Part shown: positions 31,583 through 41,319 of the stretch, piece after piece
Position numbering within the stretch: the stretch's first letter is position 1
Layout of the letters: every line of letters starts with the position of its first letter
Source of the DNA: a virus
Strand: one strand, 5' to 3'
DNA: 64,000 nt
Virus record (IMG/VR): IMGVR_UViG_3300035670_000102
Coordinates: 28,966 to 92,965 of that record
Made by a program: the position numbers and the translations under genes
The notes under the pieces: generated by a model
Database searches by the model: none
Seen by the model: the letters and a program-made list of their open reading frames with translations, nothing else
Told to the model about the DNA's origin: nothing

Positions 31583-32616
31583 AGATTGCCATTTTAACCG
31601 ATAGTCACTACGGGGCAAGAAAAGGTTCTAAGTATCTTCACGATCACTTTGAACTCTTTTATAAGAATGTCTTCTTCCCTGCTTTAAAAGAACACGGGGT
31701 AGAAGCAGTTATTCATATGGGTGATGCTTTTGATAGTCGCAAATCAATTGATTATCAAAGTTTGGAATGGGCAAAGAGAGTTGTATTTGAACCTCTGCGG
31801 GATTATGAGGTTCATATGATTGTTGGTAATCACGATTGTTATTATAAGAATACCAATAGCGTCAATTCTCCAAGCCTGCTTCTTCAGACCTATCCTAACA
31901 TTCGCACTTATAGTTCCCCACAAACGGTCAAAGTTGGCGGTCTAGACATTATGATGGTTCCTTGGATTTGTAGTGAGAATTATGATGAAACTTTAAATCA
32001 AATCAAAAAGACCAAAGCAAATGTTGCGATGGGGCATTTGGAACTTCAAGGATTTCGTGTAAATAGAAATCTTATAATGGAAGAACATGGAATCGATCCA
32101 AAGATTTTTGATAAGTTTACCAAAGTATTTTCAGGTCACTATCACACTCGTTCTGATAATGGGAAGATTTTTTATCTTGGCAATCCTTATGAGATGTATT
32201 GGAATGACGTAAATGATCAAAGAGGATTTCATATTTTTGATACGGAAATCCTTACTCATACACCAATTAATAATCCTTATAAATTGTTTTATCACATTTA
32301 TTATGAAGACACTCCTTATCAGATTTTTGATGCAACTGAGTATGAAAATAAAATTGTTAAGGTAATTGTTCGTAAAAAGTCAAAACCAAAAGATTTTGAA
32401 AAGTTCATTGATAAGCTATATACTGCTGGTATTCAAGAGCTCAAGATCGTTGAAAACTTTGATATTCGAGAGAGTGAAGATTTTGAGATTGATGAAGAAG
32501 AGAGTACTATTTCAATTCTAAATCGATATATTGATGAAGCAGAATTTGAATTTGATAAGAACATTATTAAGGGCATATTTCAAGATCTTTACAAACAAGT
32601 TTGCGAAGTAGAGTAA
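31579..32616 (+). CDS. g47: Recombination endonuclease subunit gp47 (Mre11/SbcD-like)
   Basis: TDSHYG, GDAFD, GNHD, GHLEL, SGHYH phosphoesterase motifs. Confidence 0.95.
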   Translation: MKIAILTDSHYGARKGSKYLHDHFELFYKNVFFPALKEHGVEAVIHMGDAFDSRKSIDYQSLEWAKRVVFEPLRDYEVHMIVGNHDCYYKNTNSVNSPSLLLQTYPNIRTYSSPQTVKVGGLDIMMVPWICSENYDETLNQIKKTKANVAMGHLELQGFRVNRNLIMEEHGIDPKIFDKFTKVFSGHYHTRSDNGKIFYLGNPYEMYWNDVNDQRGFHIFDTEILTHTPINNPYKLFYHIYYEDTPYQIFDATEYENKIVKVIVRKKSKPKDFEKFIDKLYTAGIQELKIVENFDIRESEDFEIDEEESTISILNRYIDEAEFEFDKNIIKGIFQDLYKQVCEVE

Positions 32617-32892
32617 ATGTTTCTTCTTACACTCAGAGATAGAAAAGACGATGGAGCATACGCAGTTCAAGACCAATATGGTCATAAAGTATTATTTCTA
32701 TTTGAGGAAGAAGATGATGCAACTCGTTACGCTTTGATGCTGGAAGATCAAGAAGATACTGAAATGGATGTTGTGGAAGTTGATGATGAGCTTGCAATTA
32801 AGACCTGTAAGATGTATAATTATCGGTATGCGGTCATAACTCCTGACGACATTGTAATTCCTCCTAAGAATGTTAGTATTTCACAAGATTAA
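32617..32892 (+). CDS. DUF3110-like protein (cyanobacterial family)
   Basis: VLFLFEEEDDATRYALMLE...C...Y...IPP pattern. Confidence 0.6.
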   Translation: MFLLTLRDRKDDGAYAVQDQYGHKVLFLFEEEDDATRYALMLEDQEDTEMDVVEVDDELAIKTCKMYNYRYAVITPDDIVIPPKNVSISQD

Positions 32893-34585
32893 ATGGAAAA
32901 ATTTTCTTTCGACTGGAAATCAGTGGACGGAAGTTGATTTTGAAAAACACCATACAAATTTAATTATTGGTACGAATGGTGCGGGTAAATCCACTGTGTT
33001 GGATGCGCTTACATTTGTCCTTTTTAATAAACCGTTTAGACGTATTAATAAACCACAACTTGTTAACACAACAAACGAAAAGGATTGCCTTGTAGAGATT
33101 GAGTTTACAATTAATAATAAAGATTATTTGGTTCGTCGTGGAATTAAACCAAATATTTTTGACATAGAAGTAAATGGAATCGCTCTTCATAAAGAAGCAG
33201 ATGATCGTGCCAATCAGAAAATACTTGAGGAAAATATTCTCAAATTAAATTATCGTAGTTTTACTCAAATTGTAATTTTGGGTAGTAGTACTTTTGTACC
33301 TTTTATGCAATTGGCGACATCGCATCGTCGTGAAGTGATTGAAGATCTTTTGGATATTCGTATTTTCTCTGCGATGAATAATCTTATCAAAGATAAGATT
33401 CGTGAGAAAAAGGATCAGATTAAATCTCTTGAATTTAAGAAAGAAACTCTTAAGGATAAGATGAAGATGCAGCAGAGTTTCATTGAGGAACTTGAGAATC
33501 GTGGTAATGCCAATATCAATGCCAATAAAGAAAAGATTGCCAATTTAGATTCTGAAATTGGTGATTATATGACTCATATTTCTACCGTAGAATCTTCACT
33601 TGTTGACAAAACTAAATTGCAAGAAGAATTGATTGGTGCTGGAGATAAATTATTAAAATTGAATAATCTCAAAGGTAAACTCTCACAAAAAGTATCTACA
33701 ATTACTCAAGAGCATAAGTTTTTTACAGAAAATACGGTATGCCCTACTTGCACACAAACGATCGAAGAAGAGTTTCGATTAAATAGAATTGCAGACGCTC
33801 AAAATAAAGCAAAGGAACTCCAGAAAGGTTTTCAAGAACTTGAGGAGACTATAAAGTTAGAACAGGAACGAGAGCGTCAATTCACAGTTCTATCTAAGGA
33901 GATTACGAAACTCAACCATGAGATTTCTCAAAACAATACTCGGATTTCACTCAACCAGAGGCAAATCAGAGACCTTGAATCTGAAATTCAAACTATTACC
34001 CAAAACCTTGCAAATAGAAATACTGAACATGAGAAGTTAGAGGAATTTCAAGACAATCTCCAAAAAACATTCGAAGACCTTTCAAAGAAAAAAGAAGAAA
34101 TCGTTTATTACGATTTTGCCTACTCCTTACTTAAGGATGACGGTGTAAAAACAAAAATTATCAAAAAATATCTTCCATTCATCAATCAGCAAGTAAATCG
34201 TTATTTGCAAATGATGGACTTTTACATTAACTTCCAACTTGATGAAGAGTTTAATGAAAGTGTCAAATCTCCCATTCACGAAGACTTTTCTTATAGTTCT
34301 TTCAGTGAGGGTGAAAAGGCAAGAATTGATTTGAGTTTGTTATTTGCCTGGCGTGAAGTTGCAAGACTGAAGAATTCTGTAAACTGCAATATTCTCTTAT
34401 TTGATGAAGTTTTTGATTCTTCTCTCGATGGATTTGGTGCTGATGAGTTTTTAAAGATTATTCGGTATGTTGTGAAAGATGCTAACATCTTTGTTATTTC
34501 GCACAAGTCTGATTTGCACGATAAGTTTGATAGTGTGATTAAGTTTGAAAAGAAAAACGGGTTCTCTTATAAAAATGAATTATGA
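32870..34585 (+). CDS. g46: Recombination ATPase subunit gp46 (Rad50/SbcC-like)
   Basis: GTNGAGKST, CPTC zinc hook, FSEGEKARID, FDEVFDSSLD. Confidence 0.96.
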   Translation: MLVFHKIKWKNFLSTGNQWTEVDFEKHHTNLIIGTNGAGKSTVLDALTFVLFNKPFRRINKPQLVNTTNEKDCLVEIEFTINNKDYLVRRGIKPNIFDIEVNGIALHKEADDRANQKILEENILKLNYRSFTQIVILGSSTFVPFMQLATSHRREVIEDLLDIRIFSAMNNLIKDKIREKKDQIKSLEFKKETLKDKMKMQQSFIEELENRGNANINANKEKIANLDSEIGDYMTHISTVESSLVDKTKLQEELIGAGDKLLKLNNLKGKLSQKVSTITQEHKFFTENTVCPTCTQTIEEEFRLNRIADAQNKAKELQKGFQELEETIKLEQERERQFTVLSKEITKLNHEISQNNTRISLNQRQIRDLESEIQTITQNLANRNTEHEKLEEFQDNLQKTFEDLSKKKEEIVYYDFAYSLLKDDGVKTKIIKKYLPFINQQVNRYLQMMDFYINFQLDEEFNESVKSPIHEDFSYSSFSEGEKARIDLSLLFAWREVARLKNSVNCNILLFDEVFDSSLDGFGADEFLKIIRYVVKDANIFVISHKSDLHDKFDSVIKFEKKNGFSYKNEL

Positions 34586-34594
34586 CAGAAGATA

Positions 34595-34640
34595 AAGTGG
34601 TACAAGGACAAGACTGGTTGGACCGACTTGTTGATAGAAT
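34595..34640 (+). promoter_or_regulatory. Upstream-box/-10 promoter element, copy 1 (AAGTGGTACA-N30-TAGAAT)
   Basis: Same box and spacing as the copies at 35566, 37799 and 43861; most degenerate copy. Confidence 0.45.
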
Positions 34641-34672
34641 TGGAGAATGGATGGATTCACTCACGGAGAAAA

Positions 34673-34819
34673 ATGAAAGTTCCAAACTGGCAACACCACT
34701 CTAAAAAGGATCAGAAGCGGACACTCAAACCGCAAGCACTCCGACAAGCAAAGGCACGTCGCCAAGCACTCAAGAAGCGTCTCCAACACGGGGACGCTTC
34801 TTCTTTTATAAATAACTAA
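34673..34819 (+). CDS. Small very basic protein (MKVPNWQHHSKK...)
   Basis: ATG at 34673 preceded by GGAG; 48 aa, K/R-rich. Confidence 0.6.
   Translation: MKVPNWQHHSKKDQKRTLKPQALRQAKARRQALKKRLQHGDASSFINN
34772..34814 (+). terminator. Hairpin/terminator fused to late promoter TATAAATA (34807-34814)
   Basis: AAGAAGCGTCTCC-aacac-GGGGACGCTTCTT, then CTTTTATAAATA. Confidence 0.7.
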
Positions 34820-34834
34820 AAAGTATTCATAAAA

Positions 34835-35554
34835 ATGGCACAAGAAGAAGGAAGAAGAGCAAGAAAAAGATCTAAAAATGCACCATCTTATGATGAAGTA
34901 AAGACAAAAATTGATGCTAAAGAGAAGGCAGCGGCAGAAAGAAAAGCAGCAAGATCTGCCGCAAAAAAACCTTTAACTCCCGCAGAAAGATATGAGCAAG
35001 AAAAGGATGCAAGAGCAAAAAAAGGTTCATCTGGATATGGTTATTCCCAACATTTGATGGGTGGAAGCGGATCGTCTTCTAGTTTTAATCCTCGTTCGGT
35101 TCGTGAAGAAGTTCTTTCGTATCTTCTTGATGAAGGTTTTGCATCTGATGAGAAATCTGCAGAAGCAATCATGGGTGCTATGAGTGAAGCATGGATTGAG
35201 AGTATTGTTGAAGCATCTCCAACTACAAAAACTCCATTAGGACAAACTGTTACTGTAGACAAACAGTATCCAGCAACTCTTAGTGGTCAAAAAGGAATGA
35301 AGTCTTATGGACCAAGTGGAACTGAGTATTTTACACCCAATATTCGTGGCACTAATATTACAGATCTTGGTAAAGCAAAATTCAAGTCTGTAGCTTCTGG
35401 TCAATATGAACCTATTCCTAAAGATCAGGGACCAACATTAACACCAAGAGTAAATGACGCTACGAAATATGATCCTAGATATAAACCACCAAGTATGAGA
35501 GGACCAGGTTATAAAACTCCAACGACTTCAATAAATCCAAAACCAGATTACTAA
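34835..35554 (+). CDS. Late hypothetical protein with YLLDEGFA...MSEAW motif
   Basis: Own TATAAATA promoter; shares a ~35-aa motif with 62905..63867. Confidence 0.75.
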   Translation: MAQEEGRRARKRSKNAPSYDEVKTKIDAKEKAAAERKAARSAAKKPLTPAERYEQEKDARAKKGSSGYGYSQHLMGGSGSSSSFNPRSVREEVLSYLLDEGFASDEKSAEAIMGAMSEAWIESIVEASPTTKTPLGQTVTVDKQYPATLSGQKGMKSYGPSGTEYFTPNIRGTNITDLGKAKFKSVASGQYEPIPKDQGPTLTPRVNDATKYDPRYKPPSMRGPGYKTPTTSINPKPDY

Positions 35555-35555
35555 T

Positions 35556-35610
35556 CCACTTTTCAAACTGGCACACTAGAGGGTCTCATCACCCTCTTTT
35601 TTTGTATAAT
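35556..35610 (+). promoter_or_regulatory. CCACTT-N4-AACTGGCACA box, terminator hairpin, TATAAT (early-type promoter element)
   Basis: Box 35556-75; AGAGGGT/ACCCTCT hairpin plus T-run; TATAAT at 35605-10. Confidence 0.65.
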
Positions 35611-35633
35611 ACGGTCATTCAAACCAAATCACT

Positions 35634-37787
35634 ATGACCGTCCGCCACGAAATCAAGTCCCAACTTGCTAAACTTCTTGCCACCGAAGACCTTGTGGTTG
35701 AGCATAAGAAAGTAGAGACTGCCTGCTTTAACGTCCATACTCGTGTGCTGACTCTGCCGATGTGGGAGAAGGCAAGCAACACAGTGTATGACCTTCTGGT
35801 GGGTCACGAGGTGGGTCACGCTCTCTATACGCCTGATGAGGATTGGACTAAAAATGTAAAAGTCCCTCCACAGTTTGTGAATGTGGTAGAGGATGCTCGC
35901 ATTGAGAAACTGATGAAGCGTCGTTATGCTGGTCTAGCAAAGACCTTTTTCAATGGTTATAAGGAACTTGCTGATGATGACTTTTTCCAAATCAAAGATG
36001 ATAATCTGGAAACCTATAATCTTGCCGACCGTGCAAATCTTTGGTTTAAGGTTGGAAACTTTGTTGATGTGCCGATTGGGCGTGGTGAAGAGACTGATAT
36101 TATCAATCTGATTGCTGATGCTGAAACTTTTTCCGATGTCTTGATTGCATCAGAGGCACTCTATAAGTATTGTAAGCAAAAACAGCAAGAAGAAGTTAAA
36201 ATTAATCTTGATAATCTGGAATCGCAGGACAGTGGTGCAGATAATCAACCTTCTCCTGATATTACTGACCAGCACCAGGGTGAAAATGACCAACCCGAAT
36301 CTGGTGCTTCCGAAGGTGCTTCTTCTGATGAATCTTCGGATCAGAAACAACAACCCAATCCCGCCAATCAAGGTGGTGAGAAGAATGAAGAACCTGAAGT
36401 AAAGACGATGGAGTCTTTGGAAGAGGCACTTAAAGAACTTGTTAATAATGATGGATATGAAAATGTCTATCTGGAAATTCCTCAACTTGACCTGAAAAAG
36501 ATTATTGTTTCAAATGCAGAGATTCATTCTCAATGTAGTGAGTCTTGGAATGGATATTTGAAAAACAGTGACCGCACTTATGAATGTGTTTTTGGTGAGG
36601 TTGATAAGCAGTTTATGGAATTCAAACGCTCTGCTCAAAAGGAAGTTAATTATCTGGTAAAAGAGTTTGAATGTCGTAAGGCAGCAGATTCTTATGCTCG
36701 TGCCACCACTGCTCGCACTGGTGTGCTGGATTGCTCCAAACTTCATACCTACAAATATAATGAGGACCTTTTCAAAAAGGTCACTACTCTCGCTACTGGT
36801 AAGAATCACGGTCTGGTATTCGTTCTGGACTGGTCTGGGTCGATGGGTGATGTGATGTTGGATACGGTCAAGCAACTCTTCAATCTTGTTTGGTTCTGTA
36901 AGAAAGTTGCAATTCCTTTTGATGTTTATGCTTTCACTACTGATTATCCTTTGGTGACTTATGATGAGAATGGTAGGGCAAATATGCGCGAACTTGCCTA
37001 TCAAAAGAAAGATGGTCTGATTCAGGTTGGTGAATGGTTTTCTATGATGAATCTTCTCACCAGTAAAGTAAATGGTAAGACTCTAGAAAATCAAATGAAA
37101 AATATTTTCCGTCTTGCAGTTTCTTTTGGACGCCATTCTTATCATTCTTATCCTACACCTTTGGGTATGAGTCTTTCTGGCACTCCTTTGAATGAATCTA
37201 TGATTGCTCTTCATCAGATTCTTCCTAAATTTCAAAAGGAAAATAAACTTCAGAAAATTCAGTGTGTCATTCTGACTGATGGTGAGGCGTGTGGTATTAA
37301 GTATCACCGTGAAGTGAAGCGTCACTGGGAAGATGGTCCTTACTTGGGTACTTCTCATATTGGCACTAATTCGTTCTTGCGTGACCGCAAAACTGGTAAT
37401 ACTTATTCTCTTGAATGTGAATGGCATCAAATGACTGATGTTTTCCTCCGCAATTTGAGAGATAAGTTTACTGATATTAATTTTATCGGTATTCGTGTGC
37501 TTGAATCTCACGACGCACGTACTTTTATTCTTCGTTATTGTGGGTATTATGGACCAGATTATGATAAGGTAATGAATTCTTGGAAAAAAGAAAAATCTTT
37601 TACGATTAAAAATTCTGGATATCATTCTTACTTTGGTCTTTCTTCTAACGCTCTTTCTCAGGATTCTGAATTTGATGTTCATGAGACTGCAACAAAAGCA
37701 CAAATCAAATCTGCTTTTGTCAAGAGTCTGAAGTCCAAGAAAATGAATAAGCGTATTCTTGGAGAGTTTGTTGAACTAGTTGCCTGA
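35634..37787 (+). CDS. Metallopeptidase-like plus vWA domain protein (CobT-like partner of MoxR/CobS ATPase)
   Basis: HEVGH and EDARIE at the N-terminus; acidic linker; MIDAS motifs DWSGS, LSGTP, LTDGE. Confidence 0.85.
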   Translation: MTVRHEIKSQLAKLLATEDLVVEHKKVETACFNVHTRVLTLPMWEKASNTVYDLLVGHEVGHALYTPDEDWTKNVKVPPQFVNVVEDARIEKLMKRRYAGLAKTFFNGYKELADDDFFQIKDDNLETYNLADRANLWFKVGNFVDVPIGRGEETDIINLIADAETFSDVLIASEALYKYCKQKQQEEVKINLDNLESQDSGADNQPSPDITDQHQGENDQPESGASEGASSDESSDQKQQPNPANQGGEKNEEPEVKTMESLEEALKELVNNDGYENVYLEIPQLDLKKIIVSNAEIHSQCSESWNGYLKNSDRTYECVFGEVDKQFMEFKRSAQKEVNYLVKEFECRKAADSYARATTARTGVLDCSKLHTYKYNEDLFKKVTTLATGKNHGLVFVLDWSGSMGDVMLDTVKQLFNLVWFCKKVAIPFDVYAFTTDYPLVTYDENGRANMRELAYQKKDGLIQVGEWFSMMNLLTSKVNGKTLENQMKNIFRLAVSFGRHSYHSYPTPLGMSLSGTPLNESMIALHQILPKFQKENKLQKIQCVILTDGEACGIKYHREVKRHWEDGPYLGTSHIGTNSFLRDRKTGNTYSLECEWHQMTDVFLRNLRDKFTDINFIGIRVLESHDARTFILRYCGYYGPDYDKVMNSWKKEKSFTIKNSGYHSYFGLSSNALSQDSEFDVHETATKAQIKSAFVKSLKSKKMNKRILGEFVELVA

Positions 37788-37788
37788 A

Positions 37789-37844
37789 CCACTTTCTAAA
37801 CTGTCACAAGGGGCACTTAACTGCCCCTTTTCTGACGCTATACT
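37789..37844 (+). promoter_or_regulatory. CCACTT-N4-AACTGTCACA box, terminator hairpin, TATACT
   Basis: Near-identical architecture to the 35556 element; AAGGGGCA/TGCCCCTT hairpin. Confidence 0.65.
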
Positions 37845-37878
37845 ATGAGAGTTCAAAACAAAACAACCTAACTACATT

Positions 37879-39012
37879 ATGTCTCGCAAGTCTGCTGTGA
37901 ACGAAGCACAACTGATTGAGTCTATTAAAGAACTGTATGGTTCTGAAATTACTTCTGGTGATCTTAAAGGTTTCTGCGCTTCTCGTGGTTTGAACTATCA
38001 GACCGTGACTCGTCATCTTGAGAAATTTAAAACTAATCGTGGTCGCTGGAATCTTGAAGTGACTCAAGAGCGTGTTGAAGAAATTGAACGTTCTTTTAGT
38101 GCTCCTTCCGTTCTCCCTACTGTGGAACAAAATCTTATTCCTGATAAAGATGATACCTTCGTCAAGTTTGGTAACTTTAACGATATTAAAAAAATTATTT
38201 CTTCCAATCTTTTTTATCCAACGTTCATTACGGGTCTTTCGGGTAATGGTAAAACGTTCAGTATTGAGCAAGCTTGTGCTCAACTTAAGCGTGAATTGAT
38301 TCGCGTCAACATCACCATTGAGACTGATGAGGATGATCTGATTGGTGGTTTCCGTCTGGTGAATGGTGAAACTGCCTGGCACAATGGTCCCGTGATTGAA
38401 GCACTTGAGCGTGGTGCAATCCTTCTGCTGGATGAGATTGATCTTGCTTCTAACAAGATTCTGTGCCTTCAATCTGTTCTGGAAGGTAAGGGTGTCTTCC
38501 TGAAAAAAATTGGTCGTTTCGTGAAACCTGCCGATGGTTTCAATGTGTTCGCCACCGCAAACACCAAGGGTAAAGGTTCTGATGACGGACGTTTTATCGG
38601 CACTAATGTTCTCAATGAGGCATTCCTTGAGCGTTTCCCTGTGACCTTTGAGCAGTCCTATCCTGCTCCTGCAACCGAACAGAAGATCCTTGAGGGCATT
38701 GCTCTGGATCTGGGTGTGGAAGACCGCGACTTCTGCAAGCGCCTGGTGGATTGGGGTGACATCATCCGCAAGACCTTCTACGATGGTGGTATTGAGGAAA
38801 TCATCAGCACCCGTCGTCTGGTTCACATCATTCGTGCCTACAGCATCTTCCAAGACAAGGCAAAGGCAATTCAAGTGTGTGTGAATCGCTTTGATGATGA
38901 GACCAAGCAATCATTTCTGGAACTTTATGACAAGGTAGACGCTGACTTCCAAATGCCTTCTGAAGGTGGTGAGCATGTAACTTACAACCTTGACCAACCC
39001 GCTACATTCTGA
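37879..39012 (+). CDS. cobS: CobS-like/MoxR AAA+ ATPase
   Basis: GLSGNGKT, LLLDEID, ATANTKGKG, NEAFLERF, ISTRRL. Confidence 0.88.
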   Translation: MSRKSAVNEAQLIESIKELYGSEITSGDLKGFCASRGLNYQTVTRHLEKFKTNRGRWNLEVTQERVEEIERSFSAPSVLPTVEQNLIPDKDDTFVKFGNFNDIKKIISSNLFYPTFITGLSGNGKTFSIEQACAQLKRELIRVNITIETDEDDLIGGFRLVNGETAWHNGPVIEALERGAILLLDEIDLASNKILCLQSVLEGKGVFLKKIGRFVKPADGFNVFATANTKGKGSDDGRFIGTNVLNEAFLERFPVTFEQSYPAPATEQKILEGIALDLGVEDRDFCKRLVDWGDIIRKTFYDGGIEEIISTRRLVHIIRAYSIFQDKAKAIQVCVNRFDDETKQSFLELYDKVDADFQMPSEGGEHVTYNLDQPATF

Positions 39013-39018
39013 TATAAT
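38990..39018 (+). promoter_or_regulatory. Sigma70-type promoter TTGACC-N17-TATAAT
   Basis: Near-consensus boxes with 17-nt spacer. Confidence 0.7.
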
Positions 39019-39020
39019 TG

Positions 39021-39046
39021 GAGGAGGTAAATGTGCCTCCTCTTTT
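39021..39046 (+). terminator. Hairpin terminator after cobS
   Basis: GAGGAGGT-aaatgt-GCCTCCTC, then TTTT. Confidence 0.6.
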
Positions 39047-39068
39047 GTTAACTTTACTATGAAAAATC

Positions 39069-39587
39069 ATGCCTTCTGAAAACCTAGAAACAAACTATTC
39101 GGATTACATTCCTGCACAAACCATCTTTGGTAGTGCTAGTTCAGATACTATTTCTTTTACGAGTTCTCGTCTTCCTGGTGGAATGGTAGATCATTCTCAA
39201 GACTTCTGGGATTATGATGGAATTAGTCTGACTGGAAATCCTTACACTGCTCCTGATACTTTTTCTTTAAATTCTTATAATATTAAAATGACTGAAGATA
39301 CAAACAAAAACGGTTTTTGGAAATATAACGAAGATAAAATCCTGAAACAATTGGAGCAATATATTTCTAGTACTTATAGTCAACACTATGTTGATCGTAC
39401 TGGTGGAAGTACAGAACAGACTTTAGATAAGATTAAACATAACCGTCGCGAAGGATTCTGTGCGGGTAATGTGACAAAATATATTGATCGTTATGATACA
39501 AAGGGAACTCCCCGTGCAGATCTTTTCAAAGTTCTTCACTATACTATTCTCTTGATCAATCATCTCAATCTCGTCGAAAGCAAGTGA
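39069..39587 (+). CDS. DUF3310-like protein (possible nucleotide kinase family)
   Basis: YSQHY...GFCAGNVTKYIDRYDTKG...DLFKVLHY. Confidence 0.65.
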   Translation: MPSENLETNYSDYIPAQTIFGSASSDTISFTSSRLPGGMVDHSQDFWDYDGISLTGNPYTAPDTFSLNSYNIKMTEDTNKNGFWKYNEDKILKQLEQYISSTYSQHYVDRTGGSTEQTLDKIKHNRREGFCAGNVTKYIDRYDTKGTPRADLFKVLHYTILLINHLNLVESK

Positions 39588-40270
39588 AACTTAAACCACA
39601 AATTATGAAACTTTCTGATAATACTCTTGCACTTCTAAAGAATTTTGCAAGTATTAATAATTCAATTTTAGTGAAAAAAGGAAATCGTCTTCGTACTATT
39701 TCAGTAGCAAAGAATATTCTTGCTGAAGCAGATATTACTGAAGAGTTTCCTCGCGATTTTGCAATTTATGATCTTAATCAATTTTTGAATGGTCTTAGTC
39801 TTCATCAAGATCCTGACTTGGATTTTGTGGAAGAAACTTATATCACTATTCGTGAAGGTAAGCGTCGAGTAAAGTACTTTTACGCAGATCCAAATGTTAT
39901 TATCTCTCCACCAGAAAAAAGCATAGATTTTCCATCTAAAGATGTATGTTTTCAACTTGATAGTGTAACTTTAGAAAAACTTCTTAAAGCCTCTGCAGTA
40001 TATCAATTACCTGATCTGTCTGCTATTGGTGAGAATGGTGTAATTAAACTAGTTGTTCGTGATAAGAAGAACGACACATCTAATGAGTATGCCATTGTTG
40101 TTGGTGAAACTGATTCTGACTTTACTTTTAATTTTAAAGTAGAAAATATCAAGATTATTCCTGGTGCTTATGATGTAGTTGTGTCAAAAAAACTTCTGTC
40201 ACAGTTCATGAATTCTAAGTATAATCTCTGTTATTATATTGCTCTGGAACCAGACTCAACTTTTAATTGA
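39584..40270 (+). CDS. g45: Sliding clamp gp45
   Basis: LKNFASINNSI, FAIYDLNQFL, YYIALE; true start may be the ATG at 39605. Confidence 0.93.
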   Translation: MKLKPQIMKLSDNTLALLKNFASINNSILVKKGNRLRTISVAKNILAEADITEEFPRDFAIYDLNQFLNGLSLHQDPDLDFVEETYITIREGKRRVKYFYADPNVIISPPEKSIDFPSKDVCFQLDSVTLEKLLKASAVYQLPDLSAIGENGVIKLVVRDKKNDTSNEYAIVVGETDSDFTFNFKVENIKIIPGAYDVVVSKKLLSQFMNSKYNLCYYIALEPDSTFN

Positions 40271-40701
40271 TGAATTTTTTTCTTTATCTTTCTCCCGAAG
40301 GTGTAGAAATCTATAATATGATTTCTAAAAAAATTTTGGTAGTTGAAAATGCTCCCATATGTCAAAAATATGACATTTATGGGTGGTATCAAAATACATC
40401 TAAGACAATGATTTTTTGTACTACTCGTATTGTTTCTAGAGGAAATGCAAATTACTACGTTAATGAAACTCTTTTTCATGAGTCAGTTCACGTTGCTCAA
40501 GCATGTAAACAAAATATGAAAAAAATCAAAGAACTTGGTATTTCACCCTTATTAATGCCTCTTTCACGCGGTAGAAATGCAGATCTATCCAAAACAATTA
40601 AAATGTCTGGTAATAATGTTACTCATGTTGAACATGAAGCATATTGGATGGAAGATAAACCAGAAAAAGTAAAATATGTTATTCAAAAGTATTGTTTTTA
40701 A
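40267..40701 (+). CDS. Zincin-like protein (HESVH...EHEA)
   Basis: HExxH followed by a downstream ExEA motif. Confidence 0.6.
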   Translation: MMNFFLYLSPEGVEIYNMISKKILVVENAPICQKYDIYGWYQNTSKTMIFCTTRIVSRGNANYYVNETLFHESVHVAQACKQNMKKIKELGISPLLMPLSRGRNADLSKTIKMSGNNVTHVEHEAYWMEDKPEKVKYVIQKYCF

Positions 40702-41210
40702 TGAATATTTTTGCTACTAATCCATTTCCGGCAGAATCTGCAATCTGCCTTCCAGATAAGCATGTTGTTAAAATGCCACTTGAATGTTGTCAAATGCTTT
40801 CTATTGTGGCATCTAAATGGTATCATAATTATGGTGATATTCATAAAGCAGATGGAGCACCTTATGCAACTGCTAAAGGTGCATTTCGTAATCATCCCTG
40901 TACCCAATGGGCATCAAAAACAATAGATAATGCTTATTGGTTGATCAAGTGGGGAATGAATTTATGTGATGAATATTCTATTAGATATGGAAAAACACAT
41001 TCATGCTATAATACTTTATTGGAAGCATATTATTTGTTTCCAAAGGGTAAGATTACTAAAGTAACTCCATTTGCTCGTGCTATGCCAGATGAGTATAAAC
41101 TTAACAACAGCATTGACACTTTTACTGCTTACAAGATGTACATTAGCAGCAAACCTTGGGTTGCATCTAATTATCTTCGTATGCCAGAGAGGCGCCCAGA
41201 ATGGGTATAA
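40701..41210 (+). CDS. Pyrimidine dimer DNA glycosylase-like (DenV family) protein
   Basis: MNIF...DKHVVKMPLECCQMLS, NHPCTQW, EY..RYGKTH, AMPDEYK. Confidence 0.75.
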   Translation: MNIFATNPFPAESAICLPDKHVVKMPLECCQMLSIVASKWYHNYGDIHKADGAPYATAKGAFRNHPCTQWASKTIDNAYWLIKWGMNLCDEYSIRYGKTHSCYNTLLEAYYLFPKGKITKVTPFARAMPDEYKLNNSIDTFTAYKMYISSKPWVASNYLRMPERRPEWV

Positions 41211-41319
41211 AATATAATAAAGGAGTGACAAAAATACACACAAGTTGTATATTTTTGATGGGAATGAATGGTGGGAAGTTGTCCCAGATTGTTATTTAAA
41301 AAACTGATTGGACTTGATT

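Noticed and set aside
34582-34704. 40-aa ORF MTEDKVVQGQDWLDRLVDRIGEW coupled to the g46 stop
   Set aside because: Plausible but unsupported. It overlaps the putative promoter element and the next ORF, so it was not called.
37843-38910. 355-aa minus-strand ORF antisense to cobS
   Set aside because: It mirrors a well-conserved sense gene codon for codon and has no motifs or RBS. Long antisense shadows arise from biased codon usage.
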